Part shown: positions 21,346 to 28,476 of the stretch, piece by piece
Layout: each line of letters starts with the position of its first letter
Numbering within the stretch: the first letter of the stretch is position 1
NCBI GenBank assembly: GCA_002269645.1
Contig: NIVC01004101.1
Coordinates: forward strand, 1-28,476
Direction of reading: 5' to 3'
DNA from: Macrostomum lignano
Lineage: Eukaryota
Length of the DNA: 28,476 nucleotides
Made by a program: the position numbers and the translations under genes
Notes under the pieces: generated by a model
What the model was told of the DNA's origin: nothing
Databases searched by the model: none
What the model saw: only the letters and a program-made list of their open reading frames with translations

Positions 21346-24300
21346 ATGCTGATCAAAGAGTAGTAAGTGCTTATGTTTTATACCATTTTGCTTGTGTAAA
21401 AAACTTAATTTATTTTATTAGCATAACTTGTCTCAGTTAAGAAACACAAAGTATCTCAATGCATCTTAATAGGGTATTCTCACATATTTTTTGGACGATT
21501 TATATTTACTCTGTTACCTGTCACTGCCTACCAGTCACACTTATTTAGTTTTTGTCAGTTAAAATAATAAAAAATATATTAGGCCTAATATCACATACTT
21601 TTATGCAGCTTAGACTTAGTATATATTTTTTCAAGGTAAATTTTAGTAGTATATACTTCTTTTTTCTCAAATGCAATTAGGCCTAGTAGTCTCTCACTTA
21701 ATAATAGAATCAGTTGCACAGCTTAGATTCTTTGTTACAAGACACCATTTGAAAGGATAAAAAGAATATCATTGACATTGACATTGTTAGCATATTTTAT
21801 AATAATATAAATATATTTAAATCCTTTTTAAATAGAGTCTACAATATTGTTATTAGATATTGTAATATACTACAATGTAAATGTATAATGGTTATCCAGA
21901 AATAGCAGGAAAACTGTTATAGAGGCTAACTATGATATTCAAATTTGATGCAACTTGTGTCATAAGTATAAAAAAATCCAACAGTTGTTTTGTTTTTTAA
22001 ATGGGATAAAAATTTCCATTCATTCAAAATTTATGCCTATAATTAAAACAAGGGATAGGGGGTAAAGTTATACTAAGTCAAAGGGTCTGCAAAGTTGGTC
22101 ACGCAGTATTGCCATCACCTTTGACTGATGACTTTAATAAAGTCACCCCTCAGCCTGCAGCCTGCAGCTATTCTGCTTCTGCTTCAGATTTGCTTCTGCT
22201 TTTTAAGGGCTTATGTGCTTATTTGTTTCTCTTCAGCTTCTTCATTTGCTTTTGTTTTCGAATTGATGGTTTTGACTAAACAATAATGTCAAAAGTTTAG
22301 TCTATGGATAGCATAGTAGGCTTGACTTGGTATAAATCTACCCCTTACCCCTTGTTCTAATATTAGCATAACTTTTGAATGAATTGACATTTTTATCTCA
22401 TTTGAAAAACAAAACAACCATTCGATTTTTTTCTACTTATGATGCAAGTTGTATCAAACTCAAATATCATAGTCTGCCTCTGAACTGGCTTTTCCTGCTA
22501 TTTCTGGGACAGCCCTCATATTTTGTGCAATCCTTAATTTTTATTATGTAAAATGAATCTTTTTAAGTATAAGTATAGATCCAAAAAATTGAAAAAGAAG
22601 TATATATTATGGTAATTTTGTATTAAGATCCCCAATTTTATTTAGTTTTACTTTATAATCCCTTTAAAAATAAGTGCAAAGGTAATATAGTTTATCAAAG
22701 ATGGTTTAATAACAATATTTTATGTCAAAAGAAAATTTAAGCATATAACTGAAATCCCTAACCCTTTATAGACAATAATAGGAAAAAAATGCCATGTATA
22801 TTATGTAAATTTAGCTTAATTAAGGGACCATTGGACCTGTCCACTTAAATCTATTATATTGGCTTTTACTTTTGTAATAAGTATAAACATAAAACTTAAT
22901 TTTAATCTTGGTTTCAGTTTGCTTATATAAATAATGCCCTTGAAGGCCAATACTTAGGGTATAATAAAGCGCCTAATGATATATACAATTCAGGACTAAT
23001 TATTTATCACAATAAATTACTCCTATGTAAGTATATGCCTACATATATAACTATATATATAAATATTTAATGCTTGTATAAGGGAATTGATAGAATGGGT
23101 AGTAATGTCTCTTAATCGTTATAAAACAATGTTTCCTAATGTATACCATAGTGCATATAGCCCACTTGCCTGCCTCTACCTAACTAAGTATATATCAAGA
23201 GGTTTATTTATTATAGTACAATTACTTAGAACAAGTACTTGCCCCATTAAGAGTATTTAGTCATTGAATTTTTTTATCTAGGTCCTGATTAATTAAAATC
23301 ATGTTTACCATAATTTTAAATGTTTTTTAATTGTTCTAGTATTTTATTATATTTTTGTGGCAGAAACACTAATGGTTATAAATTCAATTTATTAAACATG
23401 TTTTTTTAATTTTCTAAATAAATCAATAATCAATAATTAGCATTCCCTTGGGTGTTTGAAACCAGATTCCTAAGACACTGTCCCACCCACCTATTGTGCA
23501 GTCGCGTGATCCTGCCCATGACAGTGGAGGAGTACCAGATTGCCCAGCTCTACTCCGTGGCTGAGGCCTCCAAGCAGGAAACTGGCGGAGGCGAGGGTAT
23601 TGTTGTGGTGCACAATGAGCCCTTTGATGTTGCCGCCAACAAGTGGCCGCCAAAGACGCCGCTGCTTGGCAATAGAGGCACTGGCCAGTACACCTACAAG
23701 ATCTACAAGCTGCAGAAGTGAGTTCACCTTTGCCTTTCCTTTGGTACACAGGTATAGCTGGTTGCTACTTGGCTGTCACCCTCCCTGATGCTCAGATTAG
23801 GCTGTCTGTCACCCTCCCAGCTGCTCAGATTAGGTTGTCATCCCCCAGATCCTCAGATAAGGCTGTCACCTTCCCGGATGTTCAAATTAAGCTGTCGCCC
23901 TCCTGTATGTTTAGATTAGGCTGTCACCCTCCCGGATGTTCACCCCCACCCCATATTTTCAGATATTAGGCTGTCACCCGCACCCCATATGTTCAGATTA
24001 GGCTGTCACCCCACCCCATATGTTCAGATTAGGTTGTCACTCCCACCCCATATGTTCAGATTAGGCTGTCACCCCCACCCCATATGTTCAGATTAGGCTG
24101 TCACCCCACCCCATATGTTCAGATTAGGCTGTCACCCCACCCCATATGTTCAGATTAGGCTGTCACCCCACCCATATGTTAAGATTAGGCTGTCACCCTC
24201 CCAGATCCCATTCAGCAATCTCAAATCTGTCTGAATGACGTCAAACAATGCCTGGAATGTTTAGCTTTGAGTACAAAGCGATGGCATTAGCCATTGGGTC

Positions 24301-26702
24301 AGAATGTACTTTGGGCTCCGAAGTGTTACCGTTGTGAACGGGATTGCGGTTCCAATTGCTGTCTGTGAACTGTTAGCTGCGTCAGACAGAGAGAGAGGCG
24401 AGTGTCTATTGTCTCTCCTGGCCCTGTCCACATCTCTCCGAAGAGAATGAGTTTTCACTCCCTATAGAGTGAGCTGGGGTGCAAGACTTGGCATTTCGTC
24501 TCCGAGCTGCGCTACAGGCAGTGCCAAGTGTCTCTCGAGTGTGCAGCAATGTACTTTTTTCAACTTTTGCTCGTGTGCTCACCGATGCGGTGAGATAGTC
24601 GCGTGATGTTAGACTGCTATCCGCACTGGCGGTGACGGAATTTTTTATATTGCCAAGTCTTCAGATCGAGTGACTGACAGACTACCAATGCACTGGGGCG
24701 CGAAAGAGTTTTGCGTGAGGGATGAAGGGCCATGCTTAAGATGCAGGGTGTCAGATAAAGGACCATGAGACGCAGATGTGAGAGGGCCATGAGATGCAGG
24801 GGTGAGATCCGAATCCGGCCCAACCTCCTCCAGCAAGGTGCCGAAGTTCATCCGCATGCTGGCGCCGTCGGGCTCGCTGGAGATGACGGAGACAGCCTGG
24901 AACGCCTACCCCTACTGCCGCACTGTGGTGGAGAACCCCGGCTACATGAAGGATAATTTCTTCATCAAGATCGAGTCCATGCACGTGCAGGACGCCGGCA
25001 CGCAGGAGAATGTGCACCAGCTGCCGCCGAACCTGCTTCAGAAGCGCGAGGTTGTGTACATCGACATCGCCAACGACAAGCTGTACTCAAACTCCGACTA
25101 CAAGCGCGAGTTCGACCCCAAGCTGTTCAAGTCGTCCAAGACCGGCCGCGGCCCGCTCACCAACCGGCCCTGGTGGGAGAACTTCGACGGCCCGGTGATG
25201 TGCGCCTACAAGCTGGTCACCTGCGAGTTCAAGTGGTTCGGCCTGCAGGGCCGCATCGAGAGCTTCATCCACACTGTGAGTTGCGAACTGCTGCTGTGCG
25301 CTGCTACCGGTGTAGCTGGGCCCTCCCAGTGCTGCTTCTGCTTCCAGTCACTGTCATCGTATCTCACTGGGCTACCCCTCACTAGATAGCCTCATTAGAT
25401 ACCCCTGACTAGATACCCTCATTAGATACCCCTCACTAGATAGCCTCATTAGATACCCCTCACTAGATACCCTCATTATATACCCCTCACCAGATACCCT
25501 CATTATATACCCCTCACCAGATACCCTCATTAGATACCCCTCATCAGCTACCCCTCATCGGATACCCCTCATCAGCTACCCCTCACCGGATACCCCTCAT
25601 CAGCTACCCCTCACCGGATACCCCTCATCAGCTACCCCTTACCGGATACCCCTCATCAGCTACCCCTTACCGGATACCCCTCACCAGCTACCCCTTACCG
25701 GATACCCCTCACCAGCTACCCCTCACCGGATACCCCTCATCAGCTACCCCTCATCGGATACCCCTCATCAGCTACCCCTCACCGGATACCCCTCATCAGC
25801 TACCCCTCACCGGATACCCCTCATCAGCTACCCCTTACCGGATACCCCTCATCAGCTACCCCTTACCGGATACCCCTCACCAGCTACCCCTTACCGGATA
25901 CCCCTCACCAGCTACCCCTCACCGGATACCCCTCATCAGCTACCCCTCACCGGATACCCCTCATCAGCTACCCCTTACCGGATACCCCTCATCAGCTACC
26001 CCTTACCGGATACCCCTCACCAGCTACCCCTTACCGGATACCCCTCACCAGCTACCCCTCACCGGATACCCCTCATCAGCTACCCCTCACCGGATACCCC
26101 TCATCAGCTACCCCTTACCGGATGCGCCTCATCAGCTACCCCTCATCGGATACCCCTCATCAGCTACCCCTCACCGGATACCCCTCATCAGCTACCCCTC
26201 ACCGGATACCCCTCATCAGCTACCCCTTACCGGATACCCCTCATCAGCTACCCCTTACCGGATACCCCTCACCAGCTACCCCTTACCGGATACCCCTCAC
26301 CAGCTACCCCTCACCGGATACCCCTCATCAGCTACCCCTCACCGGATACCCCTCATCAGCTACCCCTTACCGGATACCCCTCATCAGCTACCCCTTACCG
26401 GATACCCCTCACCAGCTACCCCTCACCGGATACCCCTCATCAGCTACCCCTCACCGGATACCCCTCATCAGCTACCCCTCACCGGATACCCCTCATCAGC
26501 TACCCCTCACCGGATGCGCCTCGCCCACCCGCAGATGGAGCGCCGGATCTTCACGAACTTCCACAGGCAGGTGTTCTGCAGCATGGACCAGTGGTACGGC
26601 CTCACCATGGAGCAGATCCGGAAGTGGGAGGAGGAGACCAAGAAGGAGCTGGACGACCAGATCGAGAAGGGACCCGCCCGCGGCGTCCGCGAGGACGACT
26701 GA
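21346..26702 (+). CDS. PITPN: Class I phosphatidylinositol transfer protein (PITP alpha/beta, vibrator/giotto-like), 280 aa. Exons 21346..21362, 23502..23717, 24834..25275, 26535..26702
   Basis: The spliced product reads [38 protein letters not shown]...[23 protein letters not shown]...[12 protein letters not shown]...[37 protein letters not shown]. Inositol-binding T/K (YTYK) and E/N (ETAWN) residues are present. All introns are GT-AG with consistent phases (2, 2, 0). Total 843 nt = 281 codons. Confidence 0.97.
21886..22519. mobile_element. Old non-autonomous DNA transposon (MITE, probably Tc1/mariner-derived) with ~195-bp imperfect terminal inverted repeats, in PITP intron 1
   Basis: 21886..22083 aligns to the reverse complement of 22321..22519 along its length, including a perfect 18-mer CCAGAAATAGCAGGAAAA (21896..21913 and 22490..22507). 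Both ends are flanked by TA (21884-85 and 22520-21). The right end reads TGAGGGGCTGTCCCAGAAA inwards, resembling mariner YGAGGG..TGTCC termini. No ORF. Confidence 0.75.
23771..24206 (+). repeat. Minisatellite, ~30-bp unit (GTTCAGATTAGGCTGTCACCCCACCCCATAT), about 14 copies, in PITP intron 2
   Basis: Degenerate 5' copies grade into near-identical 3' copies. Confidence 0.95.
25371..26522 (+). repeat. Minisatellite, 28-bp unit built from two 14-bp halves (CAGCTACCCCTYAC + CGGATACCCCTCAY), about 40 units, filling PITP intron 3
   Basis: The first ~170 bp is a 14-bp TAGATACCCCTCAY variant. The rest is a homogeneous 28-mer that ends 12 nt before the 3' splice site. Confidence 0.97.
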
Positions 26703-27358
26703 CGCTCCAAGCCAGACCGCGGCTTCCTCCATTTCTAAGACTGACTGATTGCCTGTCTCTGAACTGCCTGCTCAAAGCTCTGCAACTCTGTGATGAAGCT
26801 GGCGCAGCATTACGGATGGGGCGAGGTTAAGTTCTGTAATCCGCTTTCCACTTTTGTTACAAGCCAGGCTTTCTCTTAGCTATTTTCAGTGTCCGGACTT
26901 CGACCGCCCTTCTGTTAATTTGTCCATCTATCTCAATTGGCAGACCGAATCTTTCAGCTCTTCCCAGCACAGCCGCCAGTACCGTCTTTATTTTTAATAT
27001 GCGATTTTTCATATTTATATGTAATAATGATTTTGCCTGCTCTGCCAAGTGCCATCGATTATTGATTAAACTGTGCGTGCCTTTCGTGTCTGTTTTGATT
27101 GTAGTTTGGGTTCCTGCTTTCGATCCAACTTACTGATTCTGTTACGATTATTATTAATTCATAAATATATATGGAATACTCTTCGCACCTTGATGTCGCT
27201 GTTCTGTCGCGGACACTGGGCCGGATCGGCAGGGTGCGTGCGGCTCGGCTATCTCGTTTCTTAGAAAATAATTGCGCTGTTGCGGCTTCGGTTCTTTTTT
27301 ATCTTCTGCTGCTTTTTGCTTGGCTTTTTTGTGCCCCTGTTTTGATTCAAGTACAGCG

Positions 27359-28476
27359 GTGTGCTAGTGCTGTGCTGAGTGTACTATGGGTGTGTGCTAG
27401 TGCTGTGCTATGGGTGTGCTAGTGCTGTGCTATGGGTGTGTGCTAGCGCTGTGCTATGGCTGTGTGCTAGTGCTGTGCTATGAGTGTACTATGGGTGTGC
27501 TAGTGCTGTGCTATGAGTGTACTATGGGTGTGCTAGTGCTGTGCTATGAGTGTACTATGGGTGTGCTAGTGCTGTGCTATGAGTGTACTATGGGTGTGTG
27601 CTAGTGCTGTGCTATGAGTGTACTATGGGTGTGTGCTAGCGCTGTGCTGAGTGTACTATGGGTGTGTGCTAGTGCTGTGCTGAGTGTACTATGGGTGTGT
27701 GCTAGTGCTGTGCTGAGTGTACTATGGCTGTGTGCTAGTGCTGTGCTATGAGTGTACTATGGGTGTGCTAGTGCTGTGCTATGAGTGTACTATGGGTGTG
27801 TGCTAGTGCTGTGCTATGAGTGTACTATGGGTGTGTGCTAGCGCTGTGCTGAGTGTACTATGGGTGTGTGCTAGTGCTGTGCTGAGTGTACTATGGGTGT
27901 GTGCTAGTGCTGTGCTGAGTGTACTATGGGTGTGTGCTAGCGCTGTGCTATGGGTGTGTGCTAGTGCTGTGCTATGGCTGTGTGCTAGCGCTGTGCTATG
28001 GGTGTGTGCTAGTGCTGTGCTATGGCTGTGTGCTAGCGCTGTGCTATGGGTGTACTATGGGTGTGTGCTAGCGCTGTGCTGAGTGTACTATGGGTGTGTG
28101 CTAGTGCTGTGCTGAGTGTACTATGGCTGTGTGCTAGCGCTGTGCTATGGGTGTGTGCTAGTGCTGTGCTATGGGTGTGTGTTAGAGCTGTGCTGAGTGT
28201 ACTATGGCTGTGTGCTAGCGCTGTGCTATGGGTGTGTGCTAGTGCTGTGCTATGGCTGTGTGCTAGCGCTGTGCTATGGCTGTGTGCTAGTGCTGTGCTA
28301 TGGCTGTGTGCTAGTGCTGTACTATGGCTGTGTGCTAGTGCTGTACTATGGGTGTGCTAGTGCTGTGCTATGGGTGTGTGCTAGCGCTGTGCTATGGGTG
28401 TGTGCTAGCGCTGTGCTATGGCTGTGTGCTAGCGCTGTGCTATGGCTGTGTGCTAGCGCTGTGCTATGGCTGTGTG
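27359..28476. repeat. TG-rich minisatellite, 24-bp (GCTAG[T/C]GCTGTGCTATGG[G/C]TGTGT) and 33-bp (with GAGTGTACT insert) units, running off the window end
   Basis: About 40 mixed units downstream of the PITP 3' UTR. Confidence 0.96.

Noticed and set aside
26122-26748. 208-aa proline-rich ORF ([14 protein letters not shown] repeats)
   Set aside because: Translation of the intronic 28-bp array. It crosses the real PITP last exon in a different frame.
27410-28360. Hydrophobic repeat ORFs (SVLWVCASAVL, MGVLVLCYECT)
   Set aside because: The 24-bp and 33-bp units are multiples of 3, so the ORFs are incidental. Frames break wherever unit lengths vary.

Overview
Eukaryotic (animal) genomic DNA with spliceosomal introns, five protein-coding genes and about 17% tandem repeats. 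In order: (1) the 3' part of a cytosolic prolyl-tRNA synthetase (EPRS-type ProRS domain, + strand, truncated by the window start); (2) a canonical alpha-tubulin (-); (3) a ~1,760-aa VLIG/GVIN1/URGCP-family very large GTPase (-) with an acidic 16-aa repeat at its N-terminus; (4) an HPS1 (BLOC-3 subunit) orthologue with an intronless CDS (-); (5) a class I phosphatidylinositol transfer protein (+, 4 coding exons). Six unrelated minisatellite arrays lie in introns and intergenic DNA, and an old mariner-like MITE lies in PITP intron 1. ProRS and the VLIG gene each carry three frameshifts. All six are repaired by adding one base and there are no in-frame stops, which points to long-read deletion errors rather than pseudogenisation. 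Short introns (49-75 nt), GC-rich housekeeping codons and dense minisatellites suggest an invertebrate such as a Macrostomum-like flatworm, but this is an unverified inference. Most notable observations: the invertebrate VLIG GTPase, minisatellites that inflate short introns and interact with splice signals (including a 476-nt intron with a single AG), and a recurrent non-coding TACGAGY motif. I found no clearly new multi-gene system.
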